Part shown: piece by piece, positions 49,418 through 61,087 of the stretch
Layout of the letters: the number at the start of each line of letters is the position of its first letter
Numbering within the stretch: position 1 is the stretch's first letter
Source of the DNA: Harriotta raleighana
Taxonomy: Eukaryota
Length of the DNA: 64,000 bases
Direction of reading: 5' to 3'
NCBI GenBank assembly: GCA_050575255.1
Contig: JBNZDD010013709.1
Coordinates: forward strand, 4,805,693-4,869,692
Translations under genes and position numbers: made by a program
Notes under the pieces: model-generated
Databases searched by the model: none
Seen by the model: only the letters and a program-made list of their open reading frames with translations
What the model was told of the DNA's origin: nothing

Positions 49418-49612
49418 TTATTTTATTTATTTTTATTTTATTTATTGTATTTATATAGCGCCTTTCACGTCAGGAGGACGTCCCAAGGCGCTGTACAGTC
49501 AAGTGGGGGGAGGGGTCGGGGGAAGAAAAACAGGAAAATACTGACTGTATATTTGTGGGCGAAACGCGGCAGCCAAATTGCGCACAGCATTGTCCCACAA
49601 ACAGTCATGGAA
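49418..49612 (-). mobile_element. Chimeric SINE with L2-type tail, young and CpG-retaining
   Basis: (TTTTA)n, GCGCCTTTCACGTCAGGAGGACGTCCCAAGGCGC, G-rich linker, then GACTGTATATTTGTGGGCGAAACGCGGCAGCC. Confidence 0.8.
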
Positions 49613-49763
49613 GCGAGAGAGCCAGGGATGAAAGGGGGAAAGAGGGCAAGGGGAGGGGTTGGGGCAGGAGGAAGAGAGAAGGAAAACCAGGTGTATATCC
49701 GAGGAGAAACGCGGCAGCCAAATGCGCACAGCAGTGTCCCCACAAACACACACGGAAATGGGG

Positions 49764-50294
49764 NNNNNNNNNNNNNNNNNNNNNNNNNNNNNNNNNNNNN
49801 NNNNNNNNNNNNNNNNNNNNNNNNNNNNNNNNNNNNNNNNNNNNNNNNNNNNNNNNNNNNNNNNNNNNNNNNNNNNNNNNNNNNNNNNNNNNNNNNNNNN
49901 NNNNNNNNNNNNNNNNNNNNNNNNNNNNNNNNNNNNNNNNNNNNNNNNNNNNNNNNNNNNNNNNNNNNNNNNNNNNNNNNNNNNNNNNNNNNNNNNNNNN
50001 NNNNNNNNNNNNNNNNNNNNNNNNNNNNNNNNNNNNNNNNNNNNNNNNNNNNNNNNNNNNNNNNNNNNNNNNNNNNNNNNNNNNNNNNNNNNNNNNNNNN
50101 NNNNNNNNNNNNNNNNNNNNNNNNNNNNNNNNNNNNNNNNNNNNNNNNNNNNNNNNNNNNNNNNNNNNNNNNNNNNNNNNNNNNNNNNNNNNNNNNNNNN
50201 NNNNNNNNNNNNNNNNNNNNNNNNNNNNNNNNNNNNNNNNNNNNNNNNNNNNNNNNNNNNNNNNNNNNNNNNNNNNNNNNNNNNNNNNNNNNNN
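49764..50294. other. Assembly gap (531 N)
   Basis: Run of N. Confidence 0.99.
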
Positions 50295-50481
50295 GATCGT
50301 GATCGTGGTTACGGTAGCGGCGGCGGCGGCGCCTAACCCTCCTGGGCCACCGCCGCCATTTTTGCGATTCATTGCCAGCTGCTAGTACTCCAAAACATTT
50401 CTATAAGTTCTGCTTCCTTATCTTTAATTTCAGTGCATTAAATGTAAGGAAAATCCGCAATGTGATTAATAATAATGATGA

Positions 50482-50750
50482 TAATAATCATGCTTGCATT
50501 TCATATAGCGCTTTTCACATTTTCTGGATGACTCAAAGTGCTTCACAGAATATACCGTAAAGTGACTGTATATTTGTGGGCGAATAGCAGCAGCCAATTG
50601 TGCACAACAGTATCCCACAAACAGTTGTGGATAGAAATGACCAATTTTTTTTTTTTTGAGGAATTATTATCAGGCGTGTGGAGGAAGGAAACTTGCCAAA
50701 GGTTTCACCCTGCTTGCAAGTGAGTGCTCTAACCATTGAGCTACAGGACT
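50482..50750 (-). mobile_element. Young SINE with a deletion in the head
   Basis: Tail, body and CCATTGAGCTACAGGAC are present; the B-box segment is missing. Confidence 0.88.
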
Positions 50751-50987
50751 TCTCAATTATAATAAATGTAATATAATATATGATTATAATATTTCAGTAA
50801 TCGCTTGAGAGCAATTTGGACTGATATGGCACCTTTGTTATAAAAATGTACTTATTTATAATTGACATTAATTCACCATTGAATTGATAGAATAACACAA
50901 AAGGAATGGGGGGTTCTGTGATACCCAAAGTGGTTATATATTAAAGGGTCTCAGCAAAAGCAGTTAATTCAATAATAATACAGAATT

Positions 50988-51231
50988 TTTACTGTAAAGC
51001 AAATTGACTGTATATTTGTGGGCGAAATGCGGCAGCCAATTGCACACAGCAGTGTCCCACAAATAGTCATGGATTGAAATGAACAATTTTTTGTTGTGTT
51101 TTTTTAATGGATTATTATTAGGCATGTGCAGGAAGGAAATTTGTCCAAGGTTTCTCCCTGATCTGCCTGGATTCGCAGACCTTGTCCAAGGTCTCACGCT
51201 TATAAGGTGAGTGCTCTAACCAATGAGCTAC
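50988..51231 (-). mobile_element. Young SINE
   Basis: TTGACTGTATATTTGTGGGCGAAATGCGGCAGCCAATTG..GAGTGCTCTAACCAATGAGCTAC. Confidence 0.88.
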
Positions 51232-51299
51232 TATTATAAGGCAGATAATTAGCTGTCTCAAAGTAAAGTGAACTTTTGTGATTGCTTCTGCTTCAGATT

Positions 51300-51670
51300 A
51301 CACCATTGTTAAATGCTCCAAGACTCTACCCTATGTAAAGGGTGTTTTATATGTGCAAGCTGTTGCTGTTGTCTGCTCTCTCCGTTCAGTAGGTTCCAGC
51401 CTGCTCCCATTGGCGGCCAGGCTTTCAGTCTCTTTGGAACCCCATTCCACAATCCTTTCGCCTTGCTTCCTCCCTTGCCTCCTGCAAGGCCCGACTCTAC
51501 ATCCTCCTTTCCAACTGTGCCTTCAGCCTCCCCCCGTACCTTTCTGCCCTCCCTCATCCTGACCCTGCATGCCCACCCCATGCTCACATCCCAACCCTTG
51601 ATTGTTCAGCGGCTTATGGACGTCCACCTGGTAGGAAAAGGCACTCTATAAAGATAATTTTGTTGTTGTT
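51300..51670 (+). mobile_element. L2 3' fragment(s)
   Basis: CCATTGGCGGCCAGGCTTTCAG (IGG.AFS), pyrimidine-rich UTR, GGACGTCC..AAAGGCACTCTATAAAGATAATTTTGTTGTTG. Confidence 0.75.
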
Positions 51671-53442
51671 TACTTAAACTATTAATAGGAACGAGAGAGA
51701 GAAAAAATGATTTTCCAGAGAGCATAAATGCTCAAATGCAAATTTAGCTCATGCTGAAAGTGACAAAAAGACTACTGGTTTCTCTTATTAAATGAAACAA
51801 AGCAAAACAGATCACATTACTGGCACAAGTTCAGGTAAATCTGTGGCTGTAAGACATTCAGAGCATTCAGATGCTGATCTAAGCCTGGAGACGATGGATT
51901 CCTGATAGTGTGAGGAGGTAATGAGATGATACCTGTTGGGTCCCCGACAGAGCGGTTGGTTCAAAAATGCCACTGGCAGAGACCCCGGAGCTCGTCACCT
52001 GCCTGCTCTCTTTTAAGGAAAATGCACAACTATAGGATGAGGGGATAGAAAAGGTGGAGGGAAAAATTTACAGCAATAAATAAAACGTCGATCTTGTGCG
52101 TTGATGAAATGCAGGTCACAATCTGTAAATATTTTCTTTATAAAATGACAAGCAGGAGCAACTACCATGTATTGCAGAGCTTGCCCGTAGGTAGCAGATG
52201 ACATCATGGGAGGTCAGTAAAATCGATGGACTGTGAAATGGTCCAAAACAGCAGGCAATGTGTCACAGCTTAAACTGCACTCAGTACCATGGAAATTAGT
52301 AAAGGTCAGCGAACTACCAAATAGTGAGGATGAATTTATGATATATACACAATTATTATTGTTAGGTACAAGTCTGCGCTTCATAGAATATACTGTAAAA
52401 AGTGTATATTGTATATTATATTGTCATTTGACTGTATATTTTTGTGGGCAAAATACAGGAAATTAAACAAGCATGTTGTGTTTGGTTAGATAAGTGCCAG
52501 TAGGAGATTTGTTACCTATTGCTAAAGTCAATGGGGTTACCTGGCAAACTGAGACTTAAAATAAGTAATCTTATTTCCAAAAGATGCAATGTGAAGGGAC
52601 GTGAGACTAACAACTCAAGCCTCAAATGGTATAATCTAAAAAAGTGAGTAATAATAATATATTATTAATTATATTATTATAATCTGGTACCCTGTAACCT
52701 GAAAGTATTGTTCTAGGTTGACTTGCTCTGCTCCAATCCGATTATTTTATATTATTGTATGAGGTCCTCTCTGAGATATTTTTTTCAGTACTGAAAAAAC
52801 AATTTGCATTTGTACTTGCCTCAGTGTACATTTATTTAGGCTTTTAAAAGTTGTACAGTCCGTGACATATGCAAAACTAACTAACCTCAGAATTCTGATG
52901 AATTGCAAACCACTTGCAGTTTTAAATGTCACCTGCACTGCTACCTTACAGTCACCCCTGGAATCAATTTGCTGTTCAAGTTTCATGGTTAAACAAAAGG
53001 TTTAATTCAGCCCACCTTTATTAATCATTTCAATTATAATGCTACCTCCTTCCCTTGTGGTATGGGGAGGGGGCGCTAGGAGGGGGCTGTGGTTATGAAT
53101 GTTACTCAGCCTGCCTAAAAAAACCTAGGGCAATTCCAAGCAGATTCAACATTTCAGTTCAGCAGTAGTTTGCACTTCAAGTCTTGCTCTTGGCATTGTT
53201 TTCTGGTTACAAATGGTCAGTGATCAATAAGATCTGACCATCTCACAACATCAAGATTGACAGCGAAAAATTATTACTTGTTTACTTATTATTTATTTAA
53301 ACCTTTATAGACATCCTCTCGACATAAAATGGGCAACATAAATGTAAATAATCTGTATTAAGTCATGAATATTAATGAAGAACACAATAGTTGAGTCCAG
53401 ATAGAAATGAAACTCCTCCCAATCTGCTTTTCGAAACTATAT

Positions 53443-53548
53443 ATAATAATCCTTGCATTCGATGTAGTGCCTTATCACGTCTTCAAGATGTCTCAAAGTG
53501 CTTCACAGAATACACTGTAAAGTGAAATGACTGCATATTTTGTGGGCC
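53443..53548 (-). mobile_element. Young SINE tail
   Basis: TAATCCTTGCATTCGATG..GATGTCTCAAAGTGCTTCACAGAATACACTGTAAAGTG. Confidence 0.85.
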
Positions 53549-53844
53549 CCCAAAAATTAATCCCAATTCTTAATTATTTTCTTTAAATAAAAATCTGAAA
53601 ACTCTCCGAATAGCTCCAAGCATTTTTTTTCCCTGTACAGCTGAGACATTCGGTCTAGGAAGGTTCCAGATTCAACACCTAGTCTGGGCTAAATCAGTTC
53701 GGTGAGTTTAAGGTGTGATAAGTCTACAGGGTATCACTATTAGCCCTAATACTTTGGGGTCAGGAGTAGGAAATCAGCAATGTTATGTTACTAAGCTGTG
53801 ACAACATGCCAAAAGTCAGCCATTTGTTTTAGCATTTTGTTCAT

Positions 53845-54137
53845 AGCAAAACCTTAGGCATGTTTCCTTACTCCACAAGCCTCTATTTACCAAGCAATTA
53901 GCAACCTAGTTGTTTGTCGATTGGCGGATCGCTAACAGGGTTAATAATCCCCTTAACAAAATGATAATTTGGTCACTCAATTCACAACTGTTTATGGGAT
54001 ACTGCTATGCATAATTCGCTAACCGTAAAATGTAGTTAATTTACTTTAAATATACAGTCAATATATTTTGTGAAGCACTTTGAGGCGTCTCAAAAACGTG
54101 AAAGGTTCTATATCAAATGCAAGGATTATGGTATTAT
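53845..54137 (+). mobile_element. Young SINE, long form, head truncated
   Basis: CCTTACTCCACAAGCCTCTATTTACC..GTTGTTTGTCGATTGGCGGATCGCTAACAGGGTTAATAATCC..AAATGCAAGGATT. Confidence 0.85.
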
Positions 54138-54959
54138 TTATCTCTGAATTTATTGAGCCCAGACAACTACGCCCACACTGAAGTTCTCCTCTCTTAGCTT
54201 TGGAAAATGCAGCACACAACAATATTTTGCTAATATCTCAGATTTATGTATAACTAAAATTATAACTCTATCATACATATTGTTTATAGAATGCTGCTTG
54301 TCACTATATAACAAGATTTTCTTCAATTTTAATGAATTATACTGTGTAAAACACTAAAAGTTATATATATTTTAATGTAAACAACGTAATAAAAATGCAT
54401 GTTCTTATTATTTTTATAAAAATTACAAGTTCAGTGCACAAACAGTTTGCAATGTGATCAATTGACTCATGGAAAGTTGACATAAATTATTTGACTGGTT
54501 AATACTAAAAATGTCACTTTTTCAAACATTTTCCACTTGTTCTGAGTCAGTTGTTGTGGAGTATGGCTAATGGAGATGATCTGATTAATGAGGAGATTAA
54601 ATTTCCATCCTATGATCTTGCAGTCCAACTAACAGAACTCAACCATGCATCAAACAGTACTCATAAATGTATTATATTCATATGAGGGGATTTTGTTGGA
54701 AAAGTCATCTGTAATGATTTCACAGTGGAACCAACCTAGGTGATGAAGTCATGCTTTACTCATTTTTCTTTCAGTTAGAGGGACTATTTCTCAGGAGTTT
54801 CTTATTCCTTTAGTCAGACTCTCACGTCTTTAGATCATAAAGTTGAAATTGAATCTTTTGTCTGGCTATGAACTGTGAGCAAGTGATGTGTTAAAGGTTT
54901 ACTTGTTCCCAAGCAGTTTGTAATGTTGTCTACCATGGCCTCAGATTCATTGTGGGCAG

Positions 54960-55510
54960 GTGTCAGCCCGACTCAGTTGGTGGCGCTCTGACCTCAGAGT
55001 CATAGGACTGTGGTTCAAGCCCCATGTCGGGGGTTCAAATTCCCAGTCTCGTCTAATATTATTATTAATAATTACAATCCTTATATTTGATTGATATAGC
55101 GCTTTTCACGTCTCTAGACATCTCAAAGCGCTTCAGAATATACATTAAAATGAATCCATCGCAAGTGCTGGTGATGCACTGAATTGTTGGAGGTGCTGCT
55201 ATTCCAATAAAACATTAAACCAGGTACCGCTTGCCTGTTCAAGTGGATGATAAAGATCTCATACACTTTTCAAAAAGAGAAGTTTCCTCTTGGCCAATTA
55301 TCTTCCAGATACAGTAAAAATAGTCATTCACTTAATGGCTGTTTGTAGAACATTGTTGACTGCAAATTGGCTGCTGCATTCATCCACAAAACAGTTACAC
55401 CAAACTCCACTTTGCACTAAATCCTGTGAAGTGCTTTGAGACATCCTCCAGACTTGAATGGCCCTATACCAAAATGTAAAAATTATTAGTATTATGTTAT
55501 TACTGTTATT
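54960..55510 (+). mobile_element. Old Deu-domain SINE interrupted by an inverted young SINE tail (~55055-55155)
   Basis: Head GACTCAGTTGGTGGCGCTCTGACCTCAGAGTCATAGG..GGTTCAAGCCC; Deu core GGAGGTGCTG..AACATTAAACCAGG..GTGGATGATAAAGATC; GGCTGTTTG..AAATTGGCTGC. Confidence 0.75.
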
Positions 55511-56091
55511 ATTAATCCGTTTTTTTCTTATCATGCAGTTTAAGTGAAATTGTCTTGTAATTTTCTTTTATCAAACCCTTATACAGAGCTAGTGAAACTT
55601 GTTTGGTCCTTGGGAAATTTAACCTGCTAAGAATTCCACAATCCTGTTTCAGTTTTAAAAGTTGTGTATATTATATTTGCGAATAATGTGTATATTTGTA
55701 AAAAGCAACATTTCTTGTTCCATTCTGATATCTTTATTTATATTTTTACAATATTTACAAAACGGCACAGATCCCACATGATCTGTTTTATTCAAAGAGA
55801 TTTACAAACAGTTAAAAGTACAGAACGGGTGTGCTGGTGCCAGCACGCACTCTGGAGCTATCTTCTGAAAGCTGTTCTATTATTTTACAAATATTGTTCC
55901 TTACTGAATTGACCCATATTTTATCTATGCAACAGCAATCACTGCATTTCAAAATAACTGAACCACAACAAATTGCACTTACATAGCACATATGAGAAAT
56001 GTCTCAAAATAATTTACAGGGGTAGAATGGGAACCTGAGGCAGATAGCAGCTGTTGAGATACTTTTCATATCTCAAGATATGAGATAAGGA

Positions 56092-56490
56092 AAGAACAAC
56101 TTACATTATTATAGCACGTATATAGTTAGTCAAAACATCTCCAAACTCTTTTATATGAATTGCTGTCAAGTGGAGCCACTGTTTTTGCACCCAAAAAAGT
56201 CCCACAAATAGTCAGTCATGAGATGAATAAATGATTGATCTGGAAATTTGGCCAGAACACCAGGAGAAACTCCCTTCTTTTTCCCAGTATTGTCAAAGAA
56301 ACGTCAACCTCCATAGGCAGATAGGGCAAAATGAACAGGTGGATAGGATACTTATTTAATACCTCAACCGTAAAATGGTATCTTCTATAATACAGTGCTC
56401 CTCTATTTCAGCACTCTGAGCTACACTTCACTGTATGGTTCGATTTCATCAACTTTCATCTCGAAGCAAGAGTCCTAACAATTGAGCCAA
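56092..56490 (-). mobile_element. Old Deu-domain SINE, diverged
   Basis: GTCCCACAAA..GGCCAGAACACCAGGAGAAACTCCC..; head CAAGAGTCCTAACAATTGAGCCAAG. Confidence 0.6.
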
Positions 56491-57189
56491 GCAAACAAAG
56501 CTCTGTATTAAATACAATTATTATTGTTCACTATTCAATTCCCTTTTGAAAGCTGTTATGCCCTTGGCTTCAAAAAACATTTATGTCAAAGCACATTCCA
56601 ACAACATTCAAAGTAATAATTGTTTATTCTATCTTAGTCGAGTAATAATATCAGCAGCACTGTGACCACACAACATTCCTTTTCTATTCGGAAATGAAAC
56701 CTCTCAGAAAGCAATACGGTGGAAGCTTTAAAGCATTCCTGATTTACAAGAAGCTGTTCACATGTCATAAAATAAAATCAATACAGTATTTGTTTGGGCA
56801 GTGTCATTTCCTTTTCTTATTATTTTTTCCATGAGAAACATAATTAAGCAATAAATAGGCACTAACACTCTTGCCATAAAAGGGCAGATTGCATTTAGTA
56901 ATTTGTATTTAAATAAATTCTCCAAGAAGGGAGAATGTGACACATGGGTTCCAGTGTCTGTTTTCTGGCAGTAAAAGGCGAATCTAACCAACTATTCACT
57001 TCATAGAGCATGACATAGCCTGAAAACTAGTACTTGTACTGTACAGTATTGCAGGAACTCATTACTATTCCTTTGATTGGCCATCAATCAATCCCGTACT
57101 GAAATCCTGCTGCTCCCGGATAATTGGCATCAATTCAAAATGTAAAGCCAGCAGGACCCTGTTTTGATTCCCTTTTAGTATTTTTTTGC

Positions 57190-57550
57190 TTAGCAAGTGA
57201 GGGGACCTGGGTTTGATTCCCAGGCAGGGTGAAATCTTAGGCAAGTTTCATTGTTCCACAGACTTCGGTTTACTTGGCAGTAAGTTGGAACCCAGTTGTT
57301 AGTTGACTGGTGGATCATTTTCTGGAAGTAATAATCTCTACTGAATAAATGAATAGGCAGGCAGGCAAAAAAAAGTGTGGTCACTCAATCCACAGTTGTT
57401 TTTGAGACACTCGTGTGTGCAACCAGCTGCCTTGTTTTGCCCACAACAAATATACAGTCAATTCACTTGATAGTATATTCTGTGAAGTGAACACTTTGAG
57501 ACATCTCGATGACGTGATAAGACGTTATATCAAATGAAATCAAATTATTG
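57190..57550 (+). mobile_element. Young SINE, long form
   Basis: GACCTGGGTTTGATTCCCAGGCAGGG..GTTTACTTGGCAGTAAGTTGGAACCCAGTTGTTAG..GAGACATCTCGATGACGTGATAAG. Confidence 0.82.
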
Positions 57551-58121
57551 TGTTTTACAATAAAACCCTAATTATATATCAACAATTTGCAATGAGTAAA
57601 CAATCCGCAGATTCCACAATTATCATCATGTCACAGAAGTCATTTCCAACCAAAATAGTGTTGAAGGGATAACTAATTACCATGCACTATCTATAATTTC
57701 ATTGGTAATTTTAAAAATGAGCAGAAATAAGAGAGAAGTTTGAGCAGTTTATTCCTTTGAACCACACCGAGTATTCATTACTTTTTAGGATACACAACTT
57801 CTATCCCTCTGCTTTGCCACCTCTGTATCTTTCTATCGGATCTTAAAACTTACCTCTTCAACTGTGCCTATGGTCACCTACCCACCCCACACCTTGCTCA
57901 ACTTCTAAAAAGCAAAAGGCTATCTATCCTAAGTGAAGTCCGCTATGTAAGCGTAAGTGCTATTGTGCTGTATTAAGCTGTTTGGTACAATACTGTTTGT
58001 TCCCATTCCAATACTGACCTGCATTTATAAATGTGTAGGATGATGTCTCGGAGCTCTGTACATTGACAGGCTTGGATGCCGAGAATAGAGATGGGTGAGG
58101 TGACCATAGACATAATAACAA

Positions 58122-58423
58122 TAATAGTAATATAATCTTTGTATTTCATATGGAGTTTTTCATATCTTCTAGATGACTCAAAGCCCTGCACAGAATATAT
58201 TGTAAAGTAAATTGACTGTATATATGTGGGCGAAACTCGGCAGCCAATTGCGTACAGCAGTGTCCCACGAACAGTTGGAGATTGAAATTACCAATTGTTT
58301 TGAGGGTTTATTATTAGGCATGCAAGAGCAAGGATACTTGCCCAAGATTTCGCCCTGCCTGGAATTGAACCCAGGTCTCTCACTTATAAGGCGAGTGCTC
58401 TAATCACTGAGCTACAGGGCTCC
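58122..58423 (-). mobile_element. Full-length young SINE (short form)
   Basis: Tail, GGCAGCCAATTGCGTACAGC, and head GAATTGAACCCAGG..CACTGAGCTACAGGGCTCC. Confidence 0.92.
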
Positions 58424-60632
58424 ACAAGACATGTCAAAGAGGCAGGTCTTAAGGTGGGATTCAAGGATAGATAAAGAAGAGGTGATGCGTATGGATTGAG
58501 GCAGTGAGTTTCAGCTAAAAATAATGTTGGCAGACCCGGACTGAATGCTTTTGGTGTATTACACCAAGAAAACCACAGAATTTGGTATGTGTTTTAATGA
58601 AATACATCAAGTTTTCCCATTGTGGTTCATTATTAGAGAATTGGACAGCATTTTAAGCCCAAACAATCTGACAATGTCAGAGTTGGGGTCAGCAAGGGGA
58701 TACACCTGCACACCGCTCGATGTTCAGTTATAATCTGGGTGGAAAGTTTGACAGTGTGTTAATTAACACATCACAGGTCACGATTTTCACCTCCACGTCT
58801 CGAAACACATTACTGGTTTCAGCCATTTCATTTCCAAAATAACTAACTGTATTTTTACCTAACCTCTGAGAATGTGACGGTATTTTTTTCGCCCCTGACT
58901 AACAGAAACACTCATGCTTTAAGTTTAAAAGAACAAGTCAGAAAGTTGAACATGCGTGTTGCCAACACAAAGTAACATCCTCTCTTGATTTAGGGCCTCA
59001 CAGAGCAGCAGAGGAAGTGGTTTCACTTCTAGAACAAGGCTGCACCACTAACATACATTTTTTCCGTGTGTGGATGGAACAAAATCATCACCAATATGTC
59101 AGTAAATATAAACCGGGTAGCACCTGCAACAAAAATAGCTGGGCAGTTACGTAATTCTCCATTCATTTGGTGTGAAATCTGTCATTTGCATATGTGTTTT
59201 GATGTGCACACAAATACAGTGCTTGGGACTGTGTGGTACTGAACCTGCCCAGCCACAAACCTGACCTTATCCTCCGAGTGCTGGGCAATAGATTAAACAG
59301 CTGTATGCACACCTCGTAAACCTCTGAACAGGAACATTTGAATTAAGGAGGGAGAGAGAAAAAAAATGAAAGAACTATTTCATGGCCTTTTCCTGTTTGA
59401 GCACAGCCACTGCATTTGCTATGTTTTGTTTTTTTTAAAAATAAAGAAATTTAAATCCTAAATTTTTGTGGTTGTTCCTAGGTGGTTATAAAACTGCGGT
59501 CAAAATCTTTTCCACAGTTCACTTCCCAGTCCCAATCAAAAACATACTCTTGTTACAGTACTTTTTTTTATGATGACATATGTAGATACACTAAGGTTTT
59601 TCCTCTCGGTTATGAAAGTTTCTTTCCTTCAGCCGTTTGTTGATCCCTGTACAAATCCCACCTGGTGACATTAGTATTTTTTGTGAAAGAGTCTCTCATC
59701 CCATACATTGTCTAAGTATATATATCATATGGCTTCCCACAGTAAAGTATGTCACCACTTCAGCAAAGTCTATGAGATGGGACAACAAATGTTAAAATAT
59801 TAATTTTTCTCCTTTGAACTGATGCTGTTAGTTTATACAGGGAATTATTCTATTCTGTTCACTCATTCCCATTAGATCCTATACACTTAGAGATCAGAGC
59901 AATATACCCATAGTGGTTGTTATTTAAGAGAATCTGCATAAATCATAGCTCAGATTTTCCTTCAACTAAGATTAGAATTTTAAACTGAGGTTCCCAAGCC
60001 AGGATGGCACTGTTCTGATCCATGCTGCTTATGAAAACCAAAACCTCTTCAAGGTTCTCTATTACTTTTACTTTTGCTCTGGATCTATTTTTGTACCGAG
60101 CTCAGTCTATCATTTGAACCCAAACACCATTTTTTGTTGGTAAAAGTTACCACTTATGTAAAATGGGTGTCGGCAAGACACACATCCTATTAAAAGATGA
60201 CACTACTTTCTACTCTCCAGGGATTCAATTTATGTCCACAACCAGAAGGTTTATAGGTTTCCTTTCATTTGATTTGCAGAGATCATTAGTGCACCCATGT
60301 ACAGTGAGACTGCTGAACACAATGTTGTTCAGGTCTAACACAATAATAGGCTAAACACAACATAAAAAGCACCTACCCTTTATGCTGTATCATTTAGAGC
60401 TACTATACAGTGAGAAATGTGCGTAGAAAGCTAAAATTGCAGTGAGGATTTGAACAGAGAGAATATGCACCTTTGGAGTGGACGTCACCTTTTATGGGCC
60501 CTCTATCTCATTCTCTCTTCTTACTTTTCTCAGAGATTAAGAATCCAGCTTGGATATAGTTCTGAGCGTCAGGTAATTTAGCAAGCCTATAGAGACGGAA
60601 AACAACAAGCCTGTAGTGACCAAATTGTTATA

Positions 60633-60888
60633 CAGATATCCCCTGATTTACGATGCTTCTATTTACATTGTTTTGATTTAATGAACATAATTTTTTAACA
60701 CCTTATTATCGATATATGACATTTAGTTCCATTTTAACGCCAAAAAACATGTGGCGCATCTTCTTTGCGTATGCACAGTACAGTGGATTTTGTGGGATCG
60801 CATGGGAAACTACATTTCGATGTACGACTTTCCGAATTACGTGATATTTTTCAGGAACACAACCCTGTTGTACATCGGGGGATACTTG
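60633..60888. mobile_element. Tigger-like MITE with TA duplication
   Basis: Left TA|CAGATATCCCCTGATTTAC; right GTACATCGGGGGATACTTG|TA (reverse complement CAAGTATCCCCCGATGTAC). Confidence 0.8.
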
Positions 60889-61087
60889 TATTTTGGGGGG
60901 AATGTACACCTGGAAAGCAGATCCGCCATTGGACTAACAACTGGGTTCCTATTTATTGCCAGGGTTACTAGTACTACTACTACTACTGTGGAGTAAGGAA
61001 ACTTGTGCAATAATTTGTCCTTCCCAGGAATTGAACCCGGGTTCTCTCACTTTTGAAGTGAGTGCTCTAACCACTAAGCTACAGGAC
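60889..61087 (-). mobile_element. Young SINE, long form, 5' part (cut by the MITE)
   Basis: GATCCGCCATTGGACTAACAACTGGGTTCCT..GGAATTGAACCCGG..CCACTAAGCTACAGGAC. Confidence 0.85.

Noticed and set aside
49277-50385. Long ORFs of 225-341 aa in the ORF track
   Set aside because: They run through 531 Ns and are otherwise SINE/L2 sequence.
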